From NCBI GenBank assembly GCA_965227295.1, contig OZ245742.1:5664001-5728000 (forward strand): a stretch of DNA of 64,000 bases. The letters run 5' to 3'. The notes beneath the pieces are model-generated. The model searched no databases. It was not told the origin of the DNA and worked only from the letters and a program-made list of their open reading frames with translations. This DNA comes from Leptonemataceae bacterium (lineage in GTDB: Bacteria; Spirochaetota; Leptospiria; Leptospirales; Leptonemataceae). Made by a program: the position numbers and the translations under genes. Positions within the stretch are counted from its first letter, which is position 1; every line of letters starts with the position of its first letter. Shown one piece after another: positions 9,005 through 18,687 of this stretch.

Positions 9005-10174
9005 TTATTCCCCGCCGCTCCGAAACTCCGCCACCGAATCCACGCTGCCCTTCAAATGCTCGGTGGTATCCGTGTAGAATCGCACCATCTTCGCCCGCGC
9101 GCTCGCGGGTAACTGGAGCGGCATGCCCGCATTATTCTGTAAGTACTCGTTCACCGGCAGCACAAAATACTTCCGCCCCGCCTGCCCGCGTTCCACATAA
9201 ACCCACACGGGCTCGTAAGAAATATCGCGAAACACCACTTTTTGATCCGATTGCTCGTCCGGGTTGCGTTCGATGGTGAACTGGAAGATCTTGCCGCCGT
9301 CGGTGTAGCGCCGTTGCTGATTCGATACGAAGTTGCCCAGGCTGAACGCGATCAAACGATCGGCGGTGCGGCCGAATTTGTCGGTAACGTTCGTGCGTAC
9401 ACCGAACGGTTGCAGCACGTGCGGGTGCCCGCCGATGACGATGTCGGCGCCGTGTTCGATGGCGAAGTCCGTCCACTTCTTCTGGTAGGCATCCGGCTGC
9501 CGCAGGTACTCGCCGCCGTAATGGTAGATCACAATGATGGCATCGGCGTTCGTGCGGCGCGCGGCGGCCAGGTCGTAGACGATGCGTTGTTCGTCGATGA
9601 GGTTCACCACGGTACCGCGCGGAACTTTGATGCCGTTGGTACCGTACGTAAAATTCAAGAACGCCAGGCGCAGGCCGTTCTTTTCAACGACGAGCACGCG
9701 CCGATCTTCTTTGTCCTGCACGCTGCGATACGATCCCAGGTGCGCGAACCCCAAACGTTCCACGACCTCGATGGTACGCAGCATGCCGGACTTGCCCTTG
9801 TCGAGGGTGTGATTGTTCGCGAGCGTGAGCACGTCGATGCCCGCATCCTTTAAGGCGACCGCCAGGGAATCCGGCGCGCCGAACGTCGGGTAGCCGCTGT
9901 ATTTTTTGCGGTCCCCCGGCAGCGTCGTTTCGAGATTGGCAATGGCCAGATCGGCGCGGCTCAGATACGGGGCCACCGGTTCGAAGGTATGCGCGAATTC
10001 GTAGCGTTTCGTCTGCGCGTTCCAGGCGGCGCTCAGTTGCGGGGCATGGCACATCACATCGCCGACAACGGCCATGCTCACGCGATCCGGGCGCTCGTCG
10101 GAGCCGTTCAGGGCAAACGTACACCCGGCGGCGGTTAAGAGAATCGCGAGACTGTACTTTACGAAACGTTTCAT
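9005..10174 (-). CDS. CapA family (PGA_cap) metallophosphatase-fold protein
   Basis: VGDVMCH, ANLET, LANNHTLDKG, HYGGEY, IGGHPHVLQ and FSLGNFVSNQ motifs; signal peptide from Met at 10174. Confidence 0.92.
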   Translation of the reverse strand: MKRFVKYSLAILLTAAGCTFALNGSDERPDRVSMAVVGDVMCHAPQLSAAWNAQTKRYEFAHTFEPVAPYLSRADLAIANLETTLPGDRKKYSGYPTFGAPDSLAVALKDAGIDVLTLANNHTLDKGKSGMLRTIEVVERLGFAHLGSYRSVQDKEDRRVLVVEKNGLRLAFLNFTYGTNGIKVPRGTVVNLIDEQRIVYDLAAARRTNADAIIVIYHYGGEYLRQPDAYQKKWTDFAIEHGADIVIGGHPHVLQPFGVRTNVTDKFGRTADRLIAFSLGNFVSNQQRRYTDGGKIFQFTIERNPDEQSDQKVVFRDISYEPVWVYVERGQAGRKYFVLPVNEYLQNNAGMPLQLPASARAKMVRFYTDTTEHLKGSVDSVAEFRSGGE

Positions 10175-10185
10175 AAGAATGTATG

Positions 10186-10323
10186 ACTCCGAGGACCGAG
10201 GTACCGAGATAGAAGATGAGAGCATCCGTATGAAGAGCACTGACAGGCTAAGACGACTATTTTTAACAAGCTCGCCCATCCAAACTCTTTCTTTTTATTC
10301 CTCGGTCCCTCAGTCCTCGGAGT
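10186..10323. repeat. short REP/MITE-like element with 23-bp imperfect terminal inverted repeats
   Basis: ACTCCGAGGACCGAGGTACCGAG (10186-10208) versus CTCGGTCCCTCAGTCCTCGGAGT (10301-10323), 2 mismatches. A related copy lies at 21842. Confidence 0.75.
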
Positions 10324-10333
10324 AAAAAAGTTT

Positions 10334-11395
10334 TCACTGCTTGCCCGCGGTCTCCAGTTGCCCCGGCGTTTGTTCCTGGATCGAGAGGCCCTGCTCCAGT
10401 TTGCGGTTGTGTCGGATCATGTCCAGCACGCGGAAGCCGCCGTCTTTGCGCATCCAGGCCTGGTAGACCAGCAGCGGCTGGATGTTGTAGTGAAACGGGA
10501 AGTCGTCCGGAAACTTTTCGCCCTCGGGATATCCCAGCGTGTGCTTCGTGCCGGTGGTCGTCGTGCGAATGATGAGACTCTTTTCGTCGGCCGGCAATGC
10601 CAGCATGTTCGCTTTCATCGGATCCGGGAAGCGCATGTACTCCTCGGCGTTGGACGTGTAGACCAGGCGCACCGGGACCTGCATGCGCCGCGCCGACATG
10701 GCGATGTTTTGCATGGTCACACTGCCTTTCAAATCTCCCGGCACCGCCTGGATGCGATTGTCCAGGATCATGGTGCGGATGTATTGATAGTCCGCGGGAT
10801 TGTTGGAGAACGTGGACAGACCGAAGCGTTTGCTCATCATGTCCAGTTCGCGCAGACGTTCGGGCACGTCGTTCCAGTTGCGATGCGCCACCTTCCAGGC
10901 GTTGCGAATGCGATAGAAATCCGGCTCGCCGCCGAAGCGTTTTTCCAGGAGCTCGAAGCTGCTCTTGCGATTCTTGCGCTGCCAGAGCTCTTTGTACTCC
11001 GCGTAGGTCGGCGCCTGGCGAATGAAGAACATGTGAATGCGATTCACGTCCACGGAAACGTAGTCGAAGTCCATGAGCCAGGCATACTCACTCTTCGCCC
11101 AGGCGATGAACGTGAAGTTTTGATCGGTGCCGACGCCGATGTAACCGCCGCCCAGGTTTTGAATGTGCGGCGCGAACAGATCGATGCGACGTTCGTTGGA
11201 CGACGGATAGTGATCGGCGTGGAGGTTGCGGTCCTCGGGCAGCGAATCCACCGCGGACAAGACGAAGTGCCGGGCGCGCTCGCGTTTGTCCGGGCCGGTC
11301 TCACAGGCGCTCAGCGCAAGCACGAAGATCAGGGGAATCCACACCGTCCAGCGGTGGTACGAACGACGGCGGTGGAAGACAGGACGAGGAAGCAT
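10334..11395 (-). CDS. hypothetical lipoprotein (resembles a Leptospira conserved lipoprotein family)
   Basis: Lipobox LSAC after a hydrophobic stretch; SNERRIDLF...GGGYIGVGTDQNF...YTSNAEEY motifs, possibly a methyltransferase-like fold. Confidence 0.75.
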   Translation of the reverse strand: MLPRPVFHRRRSYHRWTVWIPLIFVLALSACETGPDKRERARHFVLSAVDSLPEDRNLHADHYPSSNERRIDLFAPHIQNLGGGYIGVGTDQNFTFIAWAKSEYAWLMDFDYVSVDVNRIHMFFIRQAPTYAEYKELWQRKNRKSSFELLEKRFGGEPDFYRIRNAWKVAHRNWNDVPERLRELDMMSKRFGLSTFSNNPADYQYIRTMILDNRIQAVPGDLKGSVTMQNIAMSARRMQVPVRLVYTSNAEEYMRFPDPMKANMLALPADEKSLIIRTTTTGTKHTLGYPEGEKFPDDFPFHYNIQPLLVYQAWMRKDGGFRVLDMIRHNRKLEQGLSIQEQTPGQLETAGKQ

Positions 11396-11494
11396 TGCAG
11401 GGCCAGAATTCCGACCGCCTGGCGCGAGGGCAATTGGAATCCGACCGCTGTTTTCTCATTTACACGCATCCGTGCGATTGCACGCTGGCCGGTC

Positions 11495-12808
11495 ATGACG
11501 GAACCGAATCTGAAGCAGCAGTACGCCCCGCTGCGCTCGAAAATCATACTGGCATTCAAAGGCATGACCATGGGCATCGCCGATGCCATCCCCGGCGTGT
11601 CCGGCGGCACCATCGCGCTCATCAGCGGCATCTATGATCACCTCATTCATGCCATCTCGTCCGTGGGGCCGTCCCACGCTCTCGCCGCGCTGCAACTGCT
11701 GATCTTCTGCTGGCACGGCGAACGGCGGCGCCGCGCCCTGGAACGCCTGAGCGAGATCGAGTGGTCGTTTCTGATTCCGCTGCTCATCGGCATTCTGTGC
11801 GCGCTGGTGTTCATGCTCTTTTTCATTCCGTTCATCCTGGAACACTACGCTTACTTCGCCTACGCGTTCTTCTTCGGACTCATCGTGTTCTCCATCAGCA
11901 TCCCGTTTCGCATGATGAATCGGCGCCCGCTGGAATTCGTGCTCATCGTGGTGGCGGCCGTCGTCGTCTTTTTCGTGGTGGGCCTGTCCCGCATCGCCGA
12001 CGCTACGATCACCCTCAAACCCGTGACGGGTCTCACCGAAGACACGGAAATGCCGCCGCCGCTGCAGCCCATCTCAGTCGACGCGAAGGGCGAGTGGCAC
12101 CTGGGTGTGCCCGCGACCGGCGCGGTCTACGCCGGCACGATCACCGCGTCCGGCGGCGACTCCCTCGGTACGTTCAGCGTCTCCGTCACGCCTCGCGGCG
12201 ACACGGAACCGGCCGTAGAGTTCATGGATGTAGAGTTAAAGAACGTCGAGGTCTCCTTCGAGGAAGTGGAGGGCCTTGCCGCAGACGGCAGCCTCGACCT
12301 CAAGATGCGCCTGTCCGAGGCCGGCAGCCGGGGATTTCTGTACGTGCTCTTCAGCGGCGCCCTGGCCATCTGCGCCATGATCCTGCCCGGCATCTCCGGC
12401 GCCTACATCCTGGTAATTTTAGGTGAGTACAAGTTAATCGCCTCGGCGGGGCGGGACCTGGTCAAGGGGGGGATCGACACGCTGCGCTCCGGCAGTCTGG
12501 ACCCCATGCTGATCGACAACGGCCTGGTGGTCCTGGCCTTCGTGCTGGGCGTGCTGATCGGCATTCTGTCGTTCGTGCGGCTGCTGCGCTTCTTTCTCGA
12601 TCGTTACCACTCGCTGACCATGGCGGTGCTCACGGGACTGATGATCGGCTCGTTGCGCGGCATCTGGCCGGTGCAGCATTTGCACGGCGAGGAACTGAGC
12701 ACCGGCTACATCATCGGCGGCGTCGCCCTGGCCATCGGCGGCGGCATTGCCATCTTCGCGCTGGAGCAGATCAGTAAAAAGCTGCAGGACCCGGAGCCGC
12801 CGGTTTGA
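11495..12808 (+). CDS. DUF368 family (undecaprenyl-phosphate translocase-like) membrane protein with an internal soluble insertion
   Basis: Two repeats, KGMTMGIADAIPGVSGGTIALISGIYD and SGALAICAMILPGISGAYILVILGEY, and C-terminal LTGLMIGSL. Start taken at ATG 11495. Confidence 0.92.
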   Translation: MTEPNLKQQYAPLRSKIILAFKGMTMGIADAIPGVSGGTIALISGIYDHLIHAISSVGPSHALAALQLLIFCWHGERRRRALERLSEIEWSFLIPLLIGILCALVFMLFFIPFILEHYAYFAYAFFFGLIVFSISIPFRMMNRRPLEFVLIVVAAVVVFFVVGLSRIADATITLKPVTGLTEDTEMPPPLQPISVDAKGEWHLGVPATGAVYAGTITASGGDSLGTFSVSVTPRGDTEPAVEFMDVELKNVEVSFEEVEGLAADGSLDLKMRLSEAGSRGFLYVLFSGALAICAMILPGISGAYILVILGEYKLIASAGRDLVKGGIDTLRSGSLDPMLIDNGLVVLAFVLGVLIGILSFVRLLRFFLDRYHSLTMAVLTGLMIGSLRGIWPVQHLHGEELSTGYIIGGVALAIGGGIAIFALEQISKKLQDPEPPV

Positions 12809-12814
12809 TCTTTT

Positions 12815-12925
12815 GCCACAGAGGCACAGAGTTTTAAAGAAGTGGGGTTTAGACGAAAGAACGGTGGCGAGCAAAAACCAGCAACCCATCACACCTGAAA
12901 ACTCTTCCTCTGTGTTCTCTGTGGC
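12815..12925. repeat. short REP-like intergenic element with inverted arms
   Basis: GCCACAGAGGCACAGAG (12815-12831) versus CTCTGTGTTCTCTGTGGC (12908-12925). Confidence 0.7.
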
Positions 12926-12937
12926 CAATAGCTCCCC

Positions 12938-14362
12938 ATGCCCTCCCGCGATCACATCAACGACCTCCGCCCGCTGATCACCGAGGGCTCACTGCACGTC
13001 CGCGGGGACGGCTCTTACGATGACGACGCCTTTCTCGCGTTCGGTACCGATCGCAGCAAACAGTTCGCGCCGGACTTTCACGTACTGGTCTTTCCCGGCT
13101 CCACCGCGGAGACCGCGCGGCTGGTAAAGTTTTGCAACGAACGTAAACTGAACATCGTGCCGTCCGGCGGACGAACGGGACTCGCGGGCGGCGCCGTGGC
13201 CACACGCGATGAAATCGTCGTTTCGTTCGCAAAGATGAATCGCATTACCGGCTTCGATCCGCACCTGCCCGCGCTGCTTCTGGAAGCGGGGGTCATTACG
13301 AAGATCGCGCAAAACGACGCCGCAGAACGCGGGTACCTCTTTCCCCTGGACCTGGCCGCGGCGGGTTCTTCGTTCGTCGGCGGCAACGTCGCCACAAACG
13401 CCGGCGGCCTGCGCGTCATTCGCCTGGGCATGCTGCGCGATTACGTCGCCGGTATGACCGTGGTCACCGGAGCCGGAGAGATCTTAACTTTCCCCGGTAC
13501 AATCTTAAAAAACAACACCGGCGTCGACCTCAAACAACTCTTCATCGGCAGCGAGGGCACCCTGGGCCTCATTACCGAACTTACGATTCGCCTGGCCCCG
13601 CGTCCGCGCGCGGCGTCCACCGCGCTCTTCGCTGTTCCCGGCGGGCCGGCGGCCGCGCTGGAATTTCTGGGCGCACTGCGCAAGCACGGCATCGCGCCGT
13701 TCGCCTTCGAGTTCTTCGACGCCGCTTCGGTGGACGCCGTGCGCAAACATCTCGATCTTGCGGAGCCGTTTGGGGAACAGTATGATTGGTACGTCCTGGT
13801 GGAATGGGACGCCGCCGAAACCGACGACGACGCCCTGCTGGAACTCTTTCAATCGCTGACGGACGACGGCATTCTCGCGGGCGTGCGCCTCGCGCTGAAC
13901 TCGGCGCAGGTGAACGAACTCTGGAAGTACCGCGAGGGCATCAGCGAATCGCTGTCCCTGGGTTACACCGTGCGCAAGCACGATCTTTCCATCCCCCTCG
14001 CGGAGATCGACGGCTTCGTGCGCACGGCCCGGGCGTTGCTGGCCCCGCACGCGGAGAACGTCCGCGGCGTGTTCTTCGGCCATCTCGGCGACGGCAACGT
14101 GCATCTGAATTTGATCAAGGCGCGGGATGATCTCGCGGACGAGGATTTTCACGAACGTTGCCGGGACCTGGAAGCTTCCCTCTACGAAATCACGGCGAAG
14201 CTGCGGGGATCGGTGAGCGCGGAACACGGCATCGGCCTGCTGAAGAAGGAGCAGCTGCATCACAGCCGTTCGCCGGAAGAGCTGCGCCTGATGCGCGCAC
14301 TGAAGCAGGTCTTCGATCCCGCCGGCGTGCTGAATCCCGGAAAAATCCTGCAAGATGTGTGA
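12938..14362 (+). CDS. FAD-binding oxidoreductase (GlcD / D-2-hydroxyacid dehydrogenase family)
   Basis: PSGGRTGLAGG, GGNVATNAGG, FIGSEGTLG, GHLGDGNVH, SAEHGIG and FDPAGVLNPGK motifs. Confidence 0.93.
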   Translation: MPSRDHINDLRPLITEGSLHVRGDGSYDDDAFLAFGTDRSKQFAPDFHVLVFPGSTAETARLVKFCNERKLNIVPSGGRTGLAGGAVATRDEIVVSFAKMNRITGFDPHLPALLLEAGVITKIAQNDAAERGYLFPLDLAAAGSSFVGGNVATNAGGLRVIRLGMLRDYVAGMTVVTGAGEILTFPGTILKNNTGVDLKQLFIGSEGTLGLITELTIRLAPRPRAASTALFAVPGGPAAALEFLGALRKHGIAPFAFEFFDAASVDAVRKHLDLAEPFGEQYDWYVLVEWDAAETDDDALLELFQSLTDDGILAGVRLALNSAQVNELWKYREGISESLSLGYTVRKHDLSIPLAEIDGFVRTARALLAPHAENVRGVFFGHLGDGNVHLNLIKARDDLADEDFHERCRDLEASLYEITAKLRGSVSAEHGIGLLKKEQLHHSRSPEELRLMRALKQVFDPAGVLNPGKILQDV

Positions 14363-15263
14363 GACATATTCCGTAGCAGCCACGCGACGCGGCTTCGCCG
14401 TACGACCGCTTTTCGCGGTCATTTTTTATTGCGCTTTTCCGTATGCCTGCGCAGACTGCGCGCCTGTGCTGGATCGTGACGTAAGCCCCGGGGCGGAAGC
14501 GCCCGTGAAGCGCATCCCCCTCGACGAACTCGAAAAAACCGTCCGTGAACTTGTCCATGAGGAGCGCATCCTCTCGTTCAAGACCTACATCCTCAGCGAT
14601 CGCGGCGAAGCCATCCTGAAAATCATCGCCACGTCCATCCTGGAAAAGTACGGCCGCATGGATCTCATGGACATCGTCTACACGGCGGCCAAAGAGCTCC
14701 TCATCAACGCCACGAAGGCGAACCTGAAGCGCGTCGTCTTTCACGAGGCCGGCCTGAACCCGGAGGATCTGTCCGAGTATCAGCGCGGCATGGAGCTCTT
14801 CCGGGATCGATTGCAGGGTGCTCGCATCGAGGATTTCCGCGAGGAATTCAAGAATCAGAATTTCCCGGTGGTCGCCACGTTTTACTACAACCAGGACGTG
14901 ATGCACATTAAAGTGAAAAACATGTTCACGCTCCTGCCCTACGAAGAAGGGCGCATCCGCAAGAAGTTCGAAGCCGCCGAATCGTTCAAGTCACTGCTGG
15001 ACTTCTACACCGAGTTCGGCGACGACAGCGAGGGCGCGGGCCTCGGCCTCACCATGGTGGGCATTCTGCTGGACGAGAGCGGCATCGACAAACATGCCTT
15101 CACGGTTTACTCCAACGAATTCAACGAAACCGCCGCCCGCCTGGAAATTCCGCTCAGCGAGGCCTACGTTCCCAAGCGCAAGCACTTCGAAAAGGAACTC
15201 CAGGAAACCGGCGCGGAACGCGAAGAACTCCGCCGCGTTTACGCGCATAAGTCGTTTTTTTGA
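14355..15263 (+). CDS. hypothetical protein with HATPase_c/anti-sigma-like motifs (true start probably GTG 14466 or 14505)
   Basis: ELLINATKAN (N-box-like) and EGAGLGLTMV (G2-box-like) motifs; codon usage looks coding from about 14500. Confidence 0.7.
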   Translation: MCETYSVAATRRGFAVRPLFAVIFYCAFPYACADCAPVLDRDVSPGAEAPVKRIPLDELEKTVRELVHEERILSFKTYILSDRGEAILKIIATSILEKYGRMDLMDIVYTAAKELLINATKANLKRVVFHEAGLNPEDLSEYQRGMELFRDRLQGARIEDFREEFKNQNFPVVATFYYNQDVMHIKVKNMFTLLPYEEGRIRKKFEAAESFKSLLDFYTEFGDDSEGAGLGLTMVGILLDESGIDKHAFTVYSNEFNETAARLEIPLSEAYVPKRKHFEKELQETGAEREELRRVYAHKSFF

Positions 15264-15294
15264 TTCGCGGCTCTTCGCGGCACACCGCGCCGTC

Positions 15295-16263
15295 CTACGG
15301 CTCATCCACCGCCACAATCTTCGAAGCGAACATCGGCTCGACGGGCATCTGTAATTCAAAGTCCACGCTGAGATCCGGAACGTTATAGAAACGAATCACG
15401 CCGGTTTCGCCGTTTTTCATGACCAGGTGGCGGCCTAAACGCAGCCCGATGGATCCGGTATACAAACCCGGCACGGATTTCCAATCGCCGGAGGGCATGG
15501 TCTTCACCGTGCGACCGCTGACGGCATCCACGAGGCGCAGGCTTTTCCAATCGTCCACCGCGACGTAGCGGGAGTGTTCCCACACGCGAAAGAGGTTTTC
15601 GGTAAAGTTCGAGTAGGATGGTACACTGAAGCGGCCCAGGCTGCGGATCTTGCCGGATTGAACATCCACGCATTCAACATTAAAGAAGGCTTCGCCCGTG
15701 GAACTTAACCGCTCGCGGTGCAGGTAGACGATGTGCGTGCCGTTGTTAATGAACGACGGATAGAAGATCCACTCCCGCGAAACGAGCTGCTTCGGTTTCG
15801 CGTTTTTCGCCGCGCCCTTGTAGTAGAGTACCGTCGGGCCGCCCTTGTTGATTTGATAGGGCTGATTCTGATAGTGCCCGCTGCCGTCCGGAAGATACCG
15901 AAACTGCTTGAACGGCCGTTTGTGCGGCTGCCACACGCCGATGCGTTTGTTCCCGCGATACTCGTAGACGGCCTCGCTGGCTTCGCGCTCATCCGCACGT
16001 AATTCGATGCCGTTCTTCAGGCGCCGCGCCAGGGCGAAGCCGCCCGGCGGTTTCACAAGCTTGCGGTTCTTGAGATCGAAGTCGAAGTAACGCACGTCCA
16101 CGACGTCGTTCTCGTTAATGAAGCCTTCCACAACGTAGAAATCCCGCTCGCCGGTTTGATAGATGTCCAGCTCCGCATCGAAGGCGTCGCTCCCATGAGT
16201 GAAGGGCCGCCACTCCCCGCTCTCGAAAAAGAAGATCTTCTGGCCGAACTGCGCCACAATCAA
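15295..16263 (-). CDS. hypothetical protein, possibly beta-rich/TolB-like; start uncertain
   Basis: 322-aa ORF with aromatic beta-strand patterns (YPSFINNGTHIVY, VDVQSGK, VDAVSGR). Confidence 0.6.
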   Translation of the reverse strand: MIVAQFGQKIFFFESGEWRPFTHGSDAFDAELDIYQTGERDFYVVEGFINENDVVDVRYFDFDLKNRKLVKPPGGFALARRLKNGIELRADEREASEAVYEYRGNKRIGVWQPHKRPFKQFRYLPDGSGHYQNQPYQINKGGPTVLYYKGAAKNAKPKQLVSREWIFYPSFINNGTHIVYLHRERLSSTGEAFFNVECVDVQSGKIRSLGRFSVPSYSNFTENLFRVWEHSRYVAVDDWKSLRLVDAVSGRTVKTMPSGDWKSVPGLYTGSIGLRLGRHLVMKNGETGVIRFYNVPDLSVDFELQMPVEPMFASKIVAVDEP

Positions 16264-16470
16264 AGGAACCGAGCCGGACGGCGCATCGTCCTCTTCCTGA
16301 ACGTCTTCGTGCTCGTCGAATAATTGTCAGGCTTTTGTGTCGATCATTAGCGTTGCGTGAGGGCCGTGTTTGCGGAACGTCAGGCAAATTCATCAATATG
16401 CAGAAGGAGTAAGAAGTCCGTGAAGAGATCGTAAATTATACCCCGGACAGTCATTTTTAGACATACCCTG

Positions 16471-16479
16471 TGGTATAAT
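16471..16479 (+). promoter_or_regulatory. extended -10 promoter element
   Basis: TGGTATAAT (TGnTATAAT) about 20 nt upstream of ATG 16499, followed by a GAGG Shine-Dalgarno-like site. Confidence 0.55.
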
Positions 16480-16498
16480 AGGCTCAGAGGTTAAAAAG

Positions 16499-17794
16499 AT
16501 GAAACGTTTTGCAGCCATCCTGATTGTACTGAGCCTGGGACTCACTCAGCCCGCCTGTTCCGGCGGCGGCGGTGACGACGGCATGATGTTTCTGCTGCTC
16601 GGTCTGCTGTTGATGCCGCAGCCGGCAGCCGAACTTGCCGTCTCGCCGGGCAACGAAGAAAGTACGAGCGAGAGCGCGGCCGGCGACGCGGTCGTGGAGA
16701 GCAACGACACGCCGTACAGCCCCGAGGAAGACGGCAGCTTCCAGTTCAACAGCGACCGCCCGTTGCCGCTGGAACTTACCGTAGAAGACGAAAACGGCCC
16801 GGTGCCCGGCGCCGTAATCACTGTCGAGAGCGATGCGGAAGATCTGCTCTTCGAGGGCGTGAGCGATAGCGCCGGCCAGGTCTCCACCGTTCTGAATCTC
16901 ACTCCGGAAGTGGAAAGCGTCTCCGTGTCCGTAAGTTCCGGCGAACAAATGTTAGAGGAGTTTTCGATCGACAACGTCGCGGAGCTGGCCTCCGTGGATC
17001 GTGAGATCGTATTCCCCGGCGACGCCGGCGGCAATCAGCCGGCCCCGGACTCCGACGGCGACGGCATGCCCGATTCCCGGGACCGCTTCCCGTACGACGC
17101 CGAACGCGCGACGGTCCTCGTCCACGCCCCGTTTTTGATCGCTTACGAGGACCTGTATCCGAATCAGGGCGACGCCGATCTCAACGACTACGTGATCCTG
17201 GCGCAGTTTACCGAGGAACTGGACGCGAGCGGGGCCCGCGTTAAGAGCGTGCGCGCCTCCGTGCAGCACGTCGCCCGGGGTGCCGGCTACAAACATACGT
17301 TGAACGTCAGCTTAGACGCCGACGCGACGATTGAGTACGCCTTTGACGGCGCTGAGCCGAACGAGTACGCTGTCCCGGCCGGCACGACCTTCGAGCTGCT
17401 GCCCGCGAGCAACACCACCATCGCTCAGTCGAACAGCAACGCCGGCGGGACCTACGCGCCCGGCAAAGGCGCGACGTTTACCATCACCTTCGCCGCCCCC
17501 GTCGGCCGCGCGCAACTCGGCCTCCCGCCGTACGATCTCTACGCCTTCGTCATCAACACGAACCGCAGCATTCATTTGCCCGGCCGCGCCCTGCGGGAAG
17601 ACGGCAGTGATCCGTATCTGGACGCCGACGGTTTTCCCTGGGCGGTTAAGCTCCCCGCGGAGTGGCGCTGGCCGCTGGAACGGGTGCGTGTGCAGGATGC
17701 GTATCCGGAGTTTGCGGAATGGGCCGCTTCGTTCGGTCGCACGGCGAAAGACTGGTACCTGCGTCCGGACGAGAGCCGGGTCTTCGCCCGCTGA
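16499..17794 (+). CDS. LruC-domain (DUF4842-like) lipoprotein
   Basis: Lipobox-like PAC; Ca-binding-like DSDGDGMPDSRDRFPYD; AYEDLYPNQGDADLNDYV, FPWA...WRWPLE...DAYPEFAEW...DWY motifs. Confidence 0.85.
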   Translation: MKRFAAILIVLSLGLTQPACSGGGGDDGMMFLLLGLLLMPQPAAELAVSPGNEESTSESAAGDAVVESNDTPYSPEEDGSFQFNSDRPLPLELTVEDENGPVPGAVITVESDAEDLLFEGVSDSAGQVSTVLNLTPEVESVSVSVSSGEQMLEEFSIDNVAELASVDREIVFPGDAGGNQPAPDSDGDGMPDSRDRFPYDAERATVLVHAPFLIAYEDLYPNQGDADLNDYVILAQFTEELDASGARVKSVRASVQHVARGAGYKHTLNVSLDADATIEYAFDGAEPNEYAVPAGTTFELLPASNTTIAQSNSNAGGTYAPGKGATFTITFAAPVGRAQLGLPPYDLYAFVINTNRSIHLPGRALREDGSDPYLDADGFPWAVKLPAEWRWPLERVRVQDAYPEFAEWAASFGRTAKDWYLRPDESRVFAR

Positions 17795-17835
17795 GAAGTG
17801 TTTGCCTGATGCGCGGGTGAGTATGATCTTTCATC

Positions 17836-18636
17836 ATGCTCGCCCGCATCTTCCCGCGCAGTCACGGCACCGTCTATGATGCGATCGTCTTTCTCGGCGG
17901 GTTCGTGTTGCCGTACCTCGCCGCCCTGGCCGGCGCAAGCATGCCGTCGCTGGACTTCTTCGGCGAAGAAAACAAAGACTCGTTCTGGATCTTCGGCGTG
18001 CTGCAAACCACCGCCGTGCTCGTGCAAATCCCCGGCGCCTGGCTGAAGCGCGCCGCGTTGCACACGCGCATCCACGCCGACGAAGCAAGCATGCAACGCG
18101 CGGCGGCGGGACAGAATCTCCTTTACTTCCTCCTGATCCTCCACTGGACCTTCGGTTTCGCCATGCTCGCCATGGCCCTCACGGCCGTTCCCGGTATGAC
18201 TGCGGAGTGGGCACTTCCCATCGCCCTCGGCACAAGCACGCTCACGACCTGGATCGTCGGCGCAACAGCGATTACCGGCGAAGGCCGATCCGGGTCTACG
18301 GAAGCGACTCCGGAGCAGCGCCGGGGCCTGGTCCGCCGCGAAGCGATCGGCGACGCGTTCTTGATTGCCGGCGCGCTGATCCTGGTGCACATCTGGTGGG
18401 TTCCGCTGATAAACGAGGTCGCTGCCGGTGACGGCCACATCCAGCGCGAAGCAGGCAACAGTCTCGGCGGACTCATCGCCTACACCCTGGTTATGTTCGT
18501 GCCCTTTCTCATGTTCTACATTCTCCCGCGGCTGCTGTTTTTCGTGGAGGACGCGCGGCACCCCGGCACCTGGATTCGCTTTTTGATTCTCTACGTCTTC
18601 GCGGCCTGGCAAATGTTTACGGGCTCCGCGTTGTAA
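17836..18636 (+). CDS. hypothetical integral membrane protein
   Basis: 266 aa with about 7 hydrophobic segments. Confidence 0.75.
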   Translation: MLARIFPRSHGTVYDAIVFLGGFVLPYLAALAGASMPSLDFFGEENKDSFWIFGVLQTTAVLVQIPGAWLKRAALHTRIHADEASMQRAAAGQNLLYFLLILHWTFGFAMLAMALTAVPGMTAEWALPIALGTSTLTTWIVGATAITGEGRSGSTEATPEQRRGLVRREAIGDAFLIAGALILVHIWWVPLINEVAAGDGHIQREAGNSLGGLIAYTLVMFVPFLMFYILPRLLFFVEDARHPGTWIRFLILYVFAAWQMFTGSAL

Positions 18637-18687
18637 TGTCCCAGGTTTTTGAGTTGCGGTTGCAAGTCCGCCGTTTCCACTACGGAC

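Noticed and set aside
10358..11494. 816-aa version of the DUF368 protein
   Set aside because: The extension is antisense to the 10334-11395 lipoprotein gene; family similarity begins only after ATG 11495.
16263..16347. In-frame ATG at 16347 followed by TGA at codon 7 upstream of the 15295-16263 gene (possible readthrough or nonsense mutation)
   Set aside because: No SD before the ATG, no SECIS-like hairpin recognised, and TGA is a normal stop elsewhere in the window. It cannot be distinguished from chance without homologues.
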